From: Candidatus Poribacteria bacterium
GTDB taxonomy: Bacteria; Poribacteria; WGA-4E; WGA-3G
Length of the DNA: 64,000 bases
Direction: 5' to 3'
Assembly: GCA_965207855.1 (NCBI GenBank)
Contig: OZ242310.1
Location: 5,128,151-5,192,150, forward strand
The stretch's first letter is position 1; each line of letters begins with the position of its first letter. The notes beneath the pieces are model-generated. The model made no database searches, was not told the DNA's origin, and saw only the letters and a program-made list of their open reading frames with translations. Below, one piece after another: positions 30,885 to 41,008 of this stretch. The translations under genes were made by a program, and so were the position numbers.

Positions 30885-33614
30885 ATGAAAAAATATCTAC
30901 TGAAACTCGAAAATATAACACGTTGGTCTATATGCATCATATCGCTCATCTGTGCAGTGTTGCTACAAGTGCCAGTGCAAGCGCAGCTGACCCCTCCAGA
31001 AGAAGTCCTTGGGTTTCAGGTCGGTGCCGACTATAAAGTGGCAGGATGGCAGACGGTTTCTGATTACATGCGGCACCTCGCCGAGAACTCTGATCGGATT
31101 CTGTTAGAGACCCTCGGTAAAACGACAGAAGGCAACGATTTTCTGATGTTCCTGATTTCCGCGCCGGAAAATCTGGAGAACCTGGCACGTTATCAAGAGA
31201 TTCAGAAACAGATCGCATTGCCACGCGCGCCGATAACAGAAGACGATCGATCGGAATTAGATGCGTTGGCGCAAGCCGGTAAAGCGGTCGTGCTGATTAA
31301 CTGTAATCTGCACTCCACAGAGATTGCCTCATCGCAAATGTCAATGGAATTTGCGTATGAATTTGCGACCACGGACAGTCCACAAATTCAGAAAATTCTT
31401 GAAAATGTGATAATTCTGCTCATCCCATCCGCTAACCCTGACGGTTTGGATATTGTCGTGGATTGGTATAACCGCACGGTCAGGACGCCCTATGAAGGTT
31501 CAGAAATCCCGTGGTTGTATCATAAATACACGGGACACGATAACAATCGCGATTGGTTCATGCTCACACAGATAGAGACGCAACTCCTGACGCGCGTGCT
31601 TTACGAAGAATGGTTTCCCGAAGTCGTCTATGACGTACATGAGATGAGTTATCGCGGTCCTCGGTTTGTAATTCCCCCGTATTTTGAACCCGTTAACCCA
31701 AATATCCCACCGCTCCTACAACGGACACTTTCGCTAATTGGCGCGCAGCTGGCATTCGATTTAACAAGTGAGGGGTTTACAGGCGTGCTTTCAAGTGCTG
31801 TCTACGATACATGGTGGCACGGCGGATTTCGGACAGTCCCGTATCGCCACAATATGGTAGGGATTTTGACGGAAGCGGCACGGGTCGAGATAGCGACCCC
31901 AATCTTCCAACCGCATCACACTTTAAGAGGGTATCGTCGGGGGTTGGACGCATACACGCTTCGTACGAATTTCCCGGAACCGTGGCCCGGAGGGTGGTGG
32001 CGACTGCGAAATATTGTAGAATACGAGAAGGCGGCGGCATTGTCAATTCTTGATTTCGTTGCTGAGCATCGGGTGATGTTGAAGACTAACTTTTACAAGA
32101 TGGGACTTAACGCGAGAACAAAAGGAGAAAATGAACCGCCTCGGGCGTTTCTTATTCCAACGCAGCAGCGCGATATTCATACAACTCTTAAGATGTTAGA
32201 CATTTTGCAACGCGGGGGTGTAGAGATTCATCAAGCAAATGCCCCCTTTACTGCAGATGGTGTAGAATACCCCGCGGAAACTTACGTTGTTTTAATGTCG
32301 CAACCGTTTCGGGCGCACGCGAAGGACCTGCTTGAAGTCCAACGCTACCCGGAACGCCGTCCGTCGCCGGAATCACCACCGGAACGTCCTTATGACATCG
32401 CTGGCTGGACGCTACCTTTACAAATGGGGGTCCGAACGATTGCGGTTGTGCATCCGTTTGAAGCGGATCTAAGTCAGATACCTAACATATCGCGTTCGGA
32501 GTCGTATCCCATCACGTTTTCCCTTTTAGTGGACTCAAGTCTGGTGCCTGTATTGCCACAAGTGGAAGGGAGTCTGGAGGGTGTCCCTGAACCGAAGGGT
32601 TATCTGTTCGAGAATCGAACGAACGCTGAAGCGATTGTCCTCAACCGCCTATTTAATGCGAAATCAGAAGATAATAGCCCGAAGTATACGTTCTATCGAG
32701 CAGATCGAGAAGTAAATAGCGGCGGCAAAGTATTTCCGCGTGGGAGCATTCTGATTAGAACAACAGCACTCCCGTTACAAGAGATGGAAACAATGGAAGC
32801 ACTCGCGTCAGAGTTCGGCATCCGTATTTACGCCGATGAATCCATTGATGAAAAGACCTTAGCTCGGTCGTTTTCAAAGATAGCGGCACCGCGCCTGGGT
32901 CTCTATAAGCCGTGGACGGCAAATATGGATGAAGGGTGGACACGCTGGGTTTTAGATACGCACGAGTTCACCTACAATAGCCTCACGAATGCAGAAATTC
33001 AGGCAGGACATTTGGTGGATCGCTACGACGTGATCATTTTGCCGGATTTCGGTGCTTCCGGTATTCTCAACGGACATGCAACCGGAAAATTACCGCCGGA
33101 ATACGTCGGGGGTATTGGCACAGAAGGCCTGGCGAATTTGCGGGCATTCGTGGAGGACGGCGGCACGCTTATCTGCTTGAATCGTGCGACAGAACTCCCA
33201 TTGGAATACTTTGGGCTTGGTGAAAAAGGTATCGTCAATGTGGTCAAGAAAGCAAATCAACCGAAAGAAGACGCTTTTTTCTGTCCGGGTTCACTCTTAC
33301 GGGTCCGTATAGATACAAGGCATCCGATAGGGTATGGGTTGGATCGGGACATGGCGATCTTCTTTAAATCGGGACCGGTTTTTGACGGTGTGCGTGGGGA
33401 TGTGAAAGCTGTAGCGACGTATCCAGAATTCAATCCGTTGATGAGTGGGTGGCTTGAAGGTGAGAAACGGATTCGGCAGAAGACTGCGCTGCTGGAAACA
33501 TCGCTTGGAGATGGACGTGTGGTCTTGTTCGGTTTCAAACCGCAGCATCGCGGGCAATCCTATGGGACTTTTAAGCTGCTTTTCAATGCGATTTATTATA
33601 GTACCGTGCCGTAA
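30885..33614 (+). CDS. secreted M14-family zinc carboxypeptidase with large C-terminal extension
   Basis: 909 aa; signal peptide; M14 motifs (HSTEIAS; SANPDG; NRDW); about 500-aa C-terminal region of unknown function. Confidence 0.75.
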   Translation: MKKYLLKLENITRWSICIISLICAVLLQVPVQAQLTPPEEVLGFQVGADYKVAGWQTVSDYMRHLAENSDRILLETLGKTTEGNDFLMFLISAPENLENLARYQEIQKQIALPRAPITEDDRSELDALAQAGKAVVLINCNLHSTEIASSQMSMEFAYEFATTDSPQIQKILENVIILLIPSANPDGLDIVVDWYNRTVRTPYEGSEIPWLYHKYTGHDNNRDWFMLTQIETQLLTRVLYEEWFPEVVYDVHEMSYRGPRFVIPPYFEPVNPNIPPLLQRTLSLIGAQLAFDLTSEGFTGVLSSAVYDTWWHGGFRTVPYRHNMVGILTEAARVEIATPIFQPHHTLRGYRRGLDAYTLRTNFPEPWPGGWWRLRNIVEYEKAAALSILDFVAEHRVMLKTNFYKMGLNARTKGENEPPRAFLIPTQQRDIHTTLKMLDILQRGGVEIHQANAPFTADGVEYPAETYVVLMSQPFRAHAKDLLEVQRYPERRPSPESPPERPYDIAGWTLPLQMGVRTIAVVHPFEADLSQIPNISRSESYPITFSLLVDSSLVPVLPQVEGSLEGVPEPKGYLFENRTNAEAIVLNRLFNAKSEDNSPKYTFYRADREVNSGGKVFPRGSILIRTTALPLQEMETMEALASEFGIRIYADESIDEKTLARSFSKIAAPRLGLYKPWTANMDEGWTRWVLDTHEFTYNSLTNAEIQAGHLVDRYDVIILPDFGASGILNGHATGKLPPEYVGGIGTEGLANLRAFVEDGGTLICLNRATELPLEYFGLGEKGIVNVVKKANQPKEDAFFCPGSLLRVRIDTRHPIGYGLDRDMAIFFKSGPVFDGVRGDVKAVATYPEFNPLMSGWLEGEKRIRQKTALLETSLGDGRVVLFGFKPQHRGQSYGTFKLLFNAIYYSTVP

Positions 33615-33712
33615 AAAATACAAGCAGATTAGAGAATAATGGCATATTTTGTATCATACTTTAACTTGCGCGCTGTCAAGCGCGCTTCTTCTAAGGAAAG
33701 GAAATTCTAACG

Positions 33713-34081
33713 ATGGCAGTTACGTTTCATCACGTTCATCTTCGGTGCGAGGACTTGGACGGTTCAGTCAGTTATTATGAAAAGATCTTTGATGGAAAAG
33801 TCTTAGAAACAGTCGATGTTGGCGGGTTAAAAGTTGTCCGTATGGAAGTCGGCGGGGAACGGATATTCCTCTCTCCCAAATTAGGTGATATGGAGGTAGA
33901 AGATACCAGCGGCAATCCGCGCTGGGGGCTCTACCAACTTGCATTCATTGTAGAAAACCTTGACGCGACCGTCACGGAACTCCAGGCGAAAGGTGCAGAA
34001 CTCGACTATCTGAGACCTGAGATTATGCGGGCGTTTTTTAAGGGCCCTGACAACGTTCAGATAGAGCTCATTGAGGTGTAA
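33713..34081 (+). CDS. VOC-family (glyoxalase-like) protein
   Basis: 122 aa; FHHVHLRCEDLDGSVSYYEKIF N-terminal VOC motif. Confidence 0.7.
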   Translation: MAVTFHHVHLRCEDLDGSVSYYEKIFDGKVLETVDVGGLKVVRMEVGGERIFLSPKLGDMEVEDTSGNPRWGLYQLAFIVENLDATVTELQAKGAELDYLRPEIMRAFFKGPDNVQIELIEV

Positions 34082-34213
34082 TCGTTCGCAAAAATTATCC
34101 CCTCGTTCCGACAAATCGTGTTGGGTGAGGGTCCGTGCCTCACCCTTCTCCGTATCCGTCCATAGTGTATTGGTCATTGAAAACTTACCATAACGTGAGT
34201 TGAAAAAAAATTA

Positions 34214-35113
34214 ATGATAAAAAAAGAATTTAGAAACGAAGATCCGCCTGGTAAGATCATTGCCTTTGTATTGTTTCTCGTTTCTCTCTTGGGCGGGAAT
34301 TCGCTCGCTGTTAAAATCAGTTTGCAAGGCATTCCGCCGCTGAAAATGGCATTTCTTCGTTATATATTAGGGACGCTTGCTGTTGGTGGTGTGGGCTTTT
34401 TCCAGGGAATATCGATGCGGTTGCGTTTTGAGGAAGTGCGCCGGTTGTCCGTCGTTGCGGTATTGCACGCATTGCATACCGTTCTGTTGAACATCGGCAC
34501 TGAGTTCACTATCGCTTCTCGCTCAACCATTTTCTTTGCGCTTTATCCAATTTTTACTGTCGTATTCGGGCACTTTTGGCTTCCGGACGATCGGCTCTCT
34601 GTTCGGAAGATATTGGGGATTCTTTCTGCCTTTGGTGGGGTCATTGCAGCCATCGCACCGAACCTACGAGGCGGTGGCACCTTGGAGCACCTCATCGGAG
34701 ACCTGATTGTGACGCTGGCTGGCTGTCTCTTTGGACTCCGCATTACACTCACGAAGGTGTTTGTTCAAGATATTTACCCGCATCGACTCCTCGTCTGGTT
34801 GTTAGGTTTAAACATTCCCTGTTTTCTGGTTTTAAGTTATTTCTTCGAGCGTGGGAAACCGATTGCATTGACGTTGGCAAACGGAGCAGGCATGCTCTAT
34901 CAAGGCTGGATACTCACGGGTTTTTGCTTTTTGACGTTGACCTGGGTGCTAAGAAAATACAAAGCGAGCAAATTGGCAGTCTTGTATTTTGTCATGCCTG
35001 TGTCGGGTGTATTGTTTAGCAACCTGTTTTTAGGGGATGAACTGTCGTTGAGTATATTAGCAGGAACTGTATTGATAGGCGTAGGAATTTATCTTGTAAA
35101 TATGAGGGATTAA
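34214..35113 (+). CDS. DMT-superfamily (EamA-like) transporter
   Basis: 299 aa; about 10 TM helices; duplicated EamA-like halves. Confidence 0.8.
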   Translation: MIKKEFRNEDPPGKIIAFVLFLVSLLGGNSLAVKISLQGIPPLKMAFLRYILGTLAVGGVGFFQGISMRLRFEEVRRLSVVAVLHALHTVLLNIGTEFTIASRSTIFFALYPIFTVVFGHFWLPDDRLSVRKILGILSAFGGVIAAIAPNLRGGGTLEHLIGDLIVTLAGCLFGLRITLTKVFVQDIYPHRLLVWLLGLNIPCFLVLSYFFERGKPIALTLANGAGMLYQGWILTGFCFLTLTWVLRKYKASKLAVLYFVMPVSGVLFSNLFLGDELSLSILAGTVLIGVGIYLVNMRD

Positions 35114-35141
35114 AATTGAAGGATTTCAGTTTAGCACACTT

Positions 35142-36554
35142 TTAAACTTCTTCCTTCCTATAAGCGTCCAATTTGCGGTGTAGGGTTCGGACTCCAATAT
35201 CAAGAATTTTCGCCGCCTCTGTCTTATTTCCACCGGCTTCCGCGAGGGTTTTCTGGATAGCCGCGCGTTCAATTTCTGCCATTGTCATGCCGACCTTGCC
35301 AATGACTTCCTCATCATACACTGCCACGGGTTTGCTGTCTGTCCTTTTTGTCCCTTCTTGGGGTTCCACGGGATTAACGATAGGTAACATTCCATCCTGA
35401 TTGCGATTCTCAAGCACTTTCGCAATTGTCGAAAGTACCTCCAACGTTTTCCTGAGAATGTCGGCTGCGTCATCAACCTCGTTAATCTGCATCCAACTGG
35501 TATCCTCATCAGGAATTAAGGGTGGCATATCATCCCTTGCGGCAGCGGTCGGATCCAGCGATCGGATTGCAGAGAAGATCAGCCCGATAATTGTCTTGTA
35601 AACTGCTATATTTTCTGTGGTAATGGCACTGGTGGTGGGGTCCACGACTTGTAAAGAGGTTCCAGATTGATTCGGAAGCCCGACCTCTCCAGAGATTTCG
35701 GTACCGACAACCTGCGTAGGTGCGAGTTGCGTGCCTGACACTTGAACAGGCAGTGCCGTAATCTGTTCAGATTCCGAATCTATTGGAAAGTCTTTAAGTT
35801 GGAGTTCATCGGTTGTCGCCACAATGATAGCAGACTCAATAGCATTTCTGAGTTGGCGGACGTTACCGTGCCATTCTGCATTTTGGAGATAACCGAGTGC
35901 TTCGGGTGTTATGCCGGTAATTGCTTTTCCATGGTCTTCACTTAATTCGGAGATGAACGCATTAACAAAGAGTGGAATATCCTCGCGTCGGTCGCGCAGG
36001 GGTGGGATGTGGATGCGAAAGAGATTCAACCGATAATAGAGATCTTGTCTAAATTTCCTATCTTTAACGGACTTTGCGAGGTTGATATTCGTTGCGGCGA
36101 TAATTCGGACATCGACTTTTATATTTTTTTCTCCACCGAGTCGGGTGAATTCTTGCGACTCTAAGACCCGCAGAAATTTTACCTGTACTTCGGGCGACAT
36201 TTCGCCGACCTCATCAAGGAAGAGCGTCCCACCGTTTGCTTGCTCAAACACGCCGCGGCGTTGGCTTGACGCGCCTGTAAACGCGCCTCTTTCATGTCCG
36301 AAGAGTTCGCTTTGGAGGAGGTCTTGGTAAAATGCACCGCAGTTGACGGCTTTGAAGGGTCGGTCTTTACGGGGGCTACTTTCGTGTATAGCCTCGGCGA
36401 TGACATCTTTCCCAACACCCGTTTCGCCCGTAATGAGGACAGTCGCTTTCGTGGGTGCGACCTGTTCGACTTGACGCAAAACCGTCCGCATCGGTGCGGA
36501 TTCACCGATAATGCGTCGTGAACTATCGCCGATAACGAGCTTTGGAAGATCCAT
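35142..36554 (-). CDS. sigma54-dependent Fis-family activator-type AAA+ ATPase lacking an N-terminal sensor/receiver domain (PspF-like)
   Basis: Walker A GETGVGKD; sigma54-contact GAFTGA (ERGAFTGA); Walker B LFLDEVGE; C-terminal Fis-type HTH (KTEAAKILDIGVRTLHRKL); about 160-aa low-complexity linker; protein begins directly with the AAA+ domain. Confidence 0.85.
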   Translation of the reverse strand: MDLPKLVIGDSSRRIIGESAPMRTVLRQVEQVAPTKATVLITGETGVGKDVIAEAIHESSPRKDRPFKAVNCGAFYQDLLQSELFGHERGAFTGASSQRRGVFEQANGGTLFLDEVGEMSPEVQVKFLRVLESQEFTRLGGEKNIKVDVRIIAATNINLAKSVKDRKFRQDLYYRLNLFRIHIPPLRDRREDIPLFVNAFISELSEDHGKAITGITPEALGYLQNAEWHGNVRQLRNAIESAIIVATTDELQLKDFPIDSESEQITALPVQVSGTQLAPTQVVGTEISGEVGLPNQSGTSLQVVDPTTSAITTENIAVYKTIIGLIFSAIRSLDPTAAARDDMPPLIPDEDTSWMQINEVDDAADILRKTLEVLSTIAKVLENRNQDGMLPIVNPVEPQEGTKRTDSKPVAVYDEEVIGKVGMTMAEIERAAIQKTLAEAGGNKTEAAKILDIGVRTLHRKLDAYRKEEV

Positions 36555-36595
36555 CTTCTTTTGTCCTTAGCCTAACCTGATACTGCTTTTTCTTA

Positions 36596-37660
36596 TCATT
36601 TTTGCTTGAGATGCTTCTCTACGAGTAAATCAATGAGTGGTCGATAAGTTGAGTTGTGCAAATGTTCTTTGTACCAGTCCACATAGGTACCATCTTTTAG
36701 ATGTTCTTGAATCATTCGATTTTCTTCCAAAAGCGTCCATAGATTATGGGTAGCTCGATTACAAAAGCCAAAAGTTCTATTTTTTTTTAGCCCTTCCAAA
36801 CCATACTCCTGACAAGCGGGACATTGGCAATTTTCCAATTTTTTTAATTCTTGTGGATTTGGCACAGGGACCTTCCAATTGCCAAGGCTAGCCACAGAAC
36901 GATCAGCAATGCCAGGTAACTGTACAAGTCCCCGTGCGGCGCGAACGCGCCAGCCTGCTGAATCTACTGAATCCATTCCTAACAAAGACGCGATATGCAG
37001 TGTAGCTGTTCCGCCCACTCCAAAGAGATGTAAATTCTGATCAGCAAACACGTTGCGGATCTGATGAATTTTGTCCAGCAAATCTTCACTGGACATAGAT
37101 TTAGGTGCACGCAAAAGATTAGGTACAATTCCGCCAATAGCAAAAATTGGTTTTTCTCGGAGTTGTGCATTCGCTTCAAACTGACAAAGATATTTGTCTA
37201 AGTGACGACTAATATGAAGGACCGGCACATACTCATCATGAGAATACTTCTGATTAACCGCCATCGTTTGTTGAAGACACTTAAGCTGATCCTTATCGTT
37301 CATATCCGGCATAGGAATGTAGTCTTGAGGAACTGCATACCAATTAGGCTTTGCTTGTTCCACAAATTCTTCGTACTCGAGGCGTGGTACTTCAACCCCA
37401 TTTTGCGAAAATTTGAACGCGCCGTTATCCAAGTAGATCTCCATATGTTCTGGAACGCCAAGACTAGTGTGTAACCCCATTTCCATGGCGCGGCAACGGC
37501 GAGTAGGACTTTGATGAAAATACACATAGGAAACCATTACAGCACGTAACTTTTCCAAATAGTAAGGTGAATCAGGATTCCATACCAGCGGCTTAATACT
37601 GCCAAGATTCAGCCCCGCAACGATTTCCATACCTAATCTCCTCTGATTATCATAAGACAC
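36596..37660 (-). CDS. TGT-family transglycosylase-like protein, divergent second paralog (DpdA-like candidate)
   Basis: 354 aa; zinc site CQCPACQEY...THNLW parallels Tgt CTCYTCQNF...H; LDNGAFKF in place of Tgt [10 protein letters not shown]; FGVGGTATL like Tgt GVG motif; canonical tgt is already present at 537..1712. Confidence 0.7.
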   Translation of the reverse strand: MSYDNQRRLGMEIVAGLNLGSIKPLVWNPDSPYYLEKLRAVMVSYVYFHQSPTRRCRAMEMGLHTSLGVPEHMEIYLDNGAFKFSQNGVEVPRLEYEEFVEQAKPNWYAVPQDYIPMPDMNDKDQLKCLQQTMAVNQKYSHDEYVPVLHISRHLDKYLCQFEANAQLREKPIFAIGGIVPNLLRAPKSMSSEDLLDKIHQIRNVFADQNLHLFGVGGTATLHIASLLGMDSVDSAGWRVRAARGLVQLPGIADRSVASLGNWKVPVPNPQELKKLENCQCPACQEYGLEGLKKNRTFGFCNRATHNLWTLLEENRMIQEHLKDGTYVDWYKEHLHNSTYRPLIDLLVEKHLKQK

Positions 37661-37666
37661 CGGTCC

Positions 37667-39439
37667 TCACCTATTGCTGGTTTGATTGCGAACACCTTCA
37701 AGGTACTTAAAAGCATTAATTTCCTCTCGCTCCGCTTGAGAATTAGGTTTTTTCATTTTCACTAAAATGGGAAAATTTACCATCTGACCCGATAATAGTG
37801 CCTCGCCTACCTCAAGATTCGGAAGTAAGTTTGCTTCCTCCTCACCTAACGACTCAACGACCCTTTTCACAAAAATCTGATCAGCTGGGTTTACCATTCG
37901 CATGATAATATAAGAGTTGCATTGAGAAAGAGTGGTCTCGTCAAGTCGCGAAGGCCGTTGACTGATTACAACCAATCCGATGTTGAATTTCCTTCCTTCC
38001 TGAGCAATCTGCTTAGTTATGGTGATGGACTGTTGTTCGGCAGAAGAAGTACCGCGCCCAGGAACGAAATTGTGCGCTTCCTCAAGTACTAATAAAAAAG
38101 GCCATTGAAGTTTTTTGGCAACTTTGGCCTCAAATAATTCTTCCGCAATAATACTGTAAATTGTTGCCTGGAAATCTCCAGTATAGCCTGCCATGGACAC
38201 AATTGAAATTTTACCATCCTGAACTAGCTCCTTACGATCTTGAGGCATAGGTTTCGAGTCACCCGCAATCTCTTGATTGATTCTTTCCATTCTAAGAAGT
38301 TGGGATGCTGCCCTCCGAGCTCTTTTGTATATTCCCTCTAGAGTTCCAGGTATGTGTCCTTGCAAAGGTAGATTCCTCCAACAGATCTGACTTAGATACT
38401 CAAAATCGTCACGATTACCACTACGGGCATCTCTTATTGATTGAACAGCAGCATCCGCTATATTGGCAATTAGCCAAAGATCGGGTTTAATACCATTTTG
38501 ATGAATCCAATTATCATTAAGTCTATTAGCTAGCCAGTCTATCCTTTCATGTTCTTCAGCTTCGTAAAATCTCCTGGTTGCAGCAAATAAATCACCGAAT
38601 AAGGTCTCCATTGGAGGTGTTAGGTTGTATCCAAGATTGTTAACAATCTGTGCCACTGTATCTGCTTCTTGCTCAAAAATCGGGATGGTAGCGTAGTACC
38701 GATCAACCCGCTCATGATCTTGAAACTGTTCACTATCTGCTAGTCCTGAGTAATCCCCATGCGGATCGAAAACAACCATTGGATATTGTTTATCCGCCAA
38801 TTGTTCAATAATCCGCCGGGCTGCCCAACTCTTTCCAGCCCCTGTCATTGCAAGGATAGCCAAATGGCGAGTAACTATGGCGTGTCCATCCACTTTCACA
38901 TCAACCTTAGAACGGTTAGAAAGAGTAGCAATATCTAGTGCCCTAGTTTGATCCTCTGCTAAATTTCCCACTAAAATACGTTCTAGATCTTTTGAACCTG
39001 GTCCATAAGCACTAGTAGCTGGTTTAGGAGGATATCGCAAACTTTCAAGTTTACCGGATTCTTTATTTTTTGACTCACCGGACTCTTCACTTTCTAACTC
39101 AGCGGATTCTTCCTTTCCTAATTGTTCATATCCCAGTACTTGGCATACGGCTGATACCATCTCACGACTTAGAGAAAGTACAGTTTCCAGAGGATCAGTC
39201 TGTGTTTCTGCCAGTTCGTGCCCCGCTTCAGCTGGGAAGAGAGGGTTGATACGTTCTATCCTTTGGACCTTTGCCCAAACCCTTATTTCTTTTAACTCTT
39301 CGCTATCTCCCAACTCATTTAACATAGCATCCACTGCGATGATATCCTGTTCACGGATCGCTTCGGGCGTTACAGCAAGACGAAATTCTTTACTTGTACT
39401 TTCACCAACAAGTGTCCCAACGATTCTTTCTTTTTCCAT
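37667..39439 (-). CDS. HerA-like (DUF87/FtsK-HerA superfamily) ATPase
   Basis: 590 aa; Walker A LAMTGAGKS; LLVLEEAHNF Walker B; GRKFNIGLVVISQRPSRLDETTLSQCNSYIIMRMVNPADQ block characteristic of HerA/DUF87 ATPases; N-terminal barrel-like region. Confidence 0.75.
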   Translation of the reverse strand: MEKERIVGTLVGESTSKEFRLAVTPEAIREQDIIAVDAMLNELGDSEELKEIRVWAKVQRIERINPLFPAEAGHELAETQTDPLETVLSLSREMVSAVCQVLGYEQLGKEESAELESEESGESKNKESGKLESLRYPPKPATSAYGPGSKDLERILVGNLAEDQTRALDIATLSNRSKVDVKVDGHAIVTRHLAILAMTGAGKSWAARRIIEQLADKQYPMVVFDPHGDYSGLADSEQFQDHERVDRYYATIPIFEQEADTVAQIVNNLGYNLTPPMETLFGDLFAATRRFYEAEEHERIDWLANRLNDNWIHQNGIKPDLWLIANIADAAVQSIRDARSGNRDDFEYLSQICWRNLPLQGHIPGTLEGIYKRARRAASQLLRMERINQEIAGDSKPMPQDRKELVQDGKISIVSMAGYTGDFQATIYSIIAEELFEAKVAKKLQWPFLLVLEEAHNFVPGRGTSSAEQQSITITKQIAQEGRKFNIGLVVISQRPSRLDETTLSQCNSYIIMRMVNPADQIFVKRVVESLGEEEANLLPNLEVGEALLSGQMVNFPILVKMKKPNSQAEREEINAFKYLEGVRNQTSNR

Positions 39440-39441
39440 GA

Positions 39442-41001
39442 TTACCTACCTTCTGCAGTTGGCCGAAAGATCCAATCTCGGTGTTTCATATAAATCGCCT
39501 GCACCAACACCTTTCGCATATCTTCATCGCTAACTTCACCCTTCTGCAGGCTCACCCCTAGTGTATAACGAATCATTTTGTCGTACGCTTTTGTCATCCA
39601 GCTAGGCACATGGGCAAACTTATCCACGATATCCAAACCGACGGGAAATCCATAATTAGGCAAAAGACGCGAATATAAATATACACGCCTCACAGCTTCT
39701 TTCACTTGGTCTTCTCCAAGTTTAGAAAAAACCTCAACCCTAATGGGTTCAGTATTTTCGTTAACCTGAACATAGGTGCCCTTTATGGAAGGAAAACCAA
39801 ACTGCCTGCCATCTCTCAAGCAGGAAAAATCCACTTGCGAACTTTCTGATTCATTTGGAAGTCGAATTTGACCTGACCCCAAACCGATAGTCGACTTGTT
39901 TACTTTCCAAGACTCAGAATATTCTCCAGTATTAAGAAGCCAAGCCAAGAGAAGATTATCTGTATAACCTAACCTATCCATCAAATTTTTAGGAGAAGTA
40001 AGGTCAGAAAGACCAAACATGTCATTGAAATAGTTCTGTTTTCCCTTTTCACGTAGACTACGAAAAACACGTTTAAGTAATATCGCCTCAGAGAAATTCC
40101 GCGACTTTCCTCGTTCCACTACTCCCGCAATGATAGGACGAGGTTCCCTATTTAGTGCCACAGAAATCAATTTTCTATAGAGAAATGCAATCCATGACAA
40201 CGGTTCAAAAAGCCGAAGATCTGCCCATTCATCGGACCTCCCGCCAGCCATATCTGGATAAATATCAAGACGGGCTTCTTTAAGAAAATCTTCCTTCAAC
40301 TGATTTGCTTGTTCTTTATCACCCGAATAGTGTTTTAGAAACAGGTTAATATCCGCTTCAGTAAAAGGTGTATGACCTGCATAAGCGTCCATCAAATAAA
40401 CCAGCGGACCTTGGAACAATAGGACTCTTATATCTGGATTGCGGTTCAACGCTGAAAGTCCACCCAGTAACTCAGCAGTAATGCGGACAATATCTGTGAA
40501 GTCCTCCCGCTCCTTACTGCCTCCTTCAAGATCTCCGAAGACTACCGGGTAATAGCCAAAATTCTCCCGCTCTGCCAGATTCCCTTCACCGACACGTACT
40601 GCATAAGATCCTACGCGCAACAAGATAGGGACTTGAGATAATTCTGACTGACCAATTCCGCCATCAATAAAACTAACTAGTTCGTTTTGAAACTCCTCCC
40701 AAACTGTATTTTTGACTGAAAACGTCTGAAGGATAGGATTTTCTCGCGTTCCTCTATTAGTCTGATCTATAGCCTGACGCAAATGAGTTATAAAACAAGC
40801 TGTATTACGATAATAGTTATCTCGCAAATTTTCAGCTACTAACAGCGATTTTTCCATTATCTTCATCATTAACTGAGGCTGACGAAGAAGATCCTCTTGT
40901 ACATCGTTCTCGGGCAATCGCTCATTTACCTCCGATTGGTCATCTTGTGTATCTCTATCAGGAGTACCCGTATCAATAGATCTCGTATTTAATTTCACCA
41001 T
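39442..41001 (-). CDS. NurA-like nuclease candidate (HerA partner), function unproven
   Basis: Start reassigned to ATG 41001 (MVKLNTRS), preceded by a strong GGAGG RBS and 7 nt after the upstream stop; FIDGGIGQSE resembles the NurA N-terminal Asp motif; stop abuts the HerA start. Confidence 0.4.
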   Translation of the reverse strand: MVKLNTRSIDTGTPDRDTQDDQSEVNERLPENDVQEDLLRQPQLMMKIMEKSLLVAENLRDNYYRNTACFITHLRQAIDQTNRGTRENPILQTFSVKNTVWEEFQNELVSFIDGGIGQSELSQVPILLRVGSYAVRVGEGNLAERENFGYYPVVFGDLEGGSKEREDFTDIVRITAELLGGLSALNRNPDIRVLLFQGPLVYLMDAYAGHTPFTEADINLFLKHYSGDKEQANQLKEDFLKEARLDIYPDMAGGRSDEWADLRLFEPLSWIAFLYRKLISVALNREPRPIIAGVVERGKSRNFSEAILLKRVFRSLREKGKQNYFNDMFGLSDLTSPKNLMDRLGYTDNLLLAWLLNTGEYSESWKVNKSTIGLGSGQIRLPNESESSQVDFSCLRDGRQFGFPSIKGTYVQVNENTEPIRVEVFSKLGEDQVKEAVRRVYLYSRLLPNYGFPVGLDIVDKFAHVPSWMTKAYDKMIRYTLGVSLQKGEVSDEDMRKVLVQAIYMKHRDWIFRPTAEGR

Positions 41002-41008
41002 TATCCTC

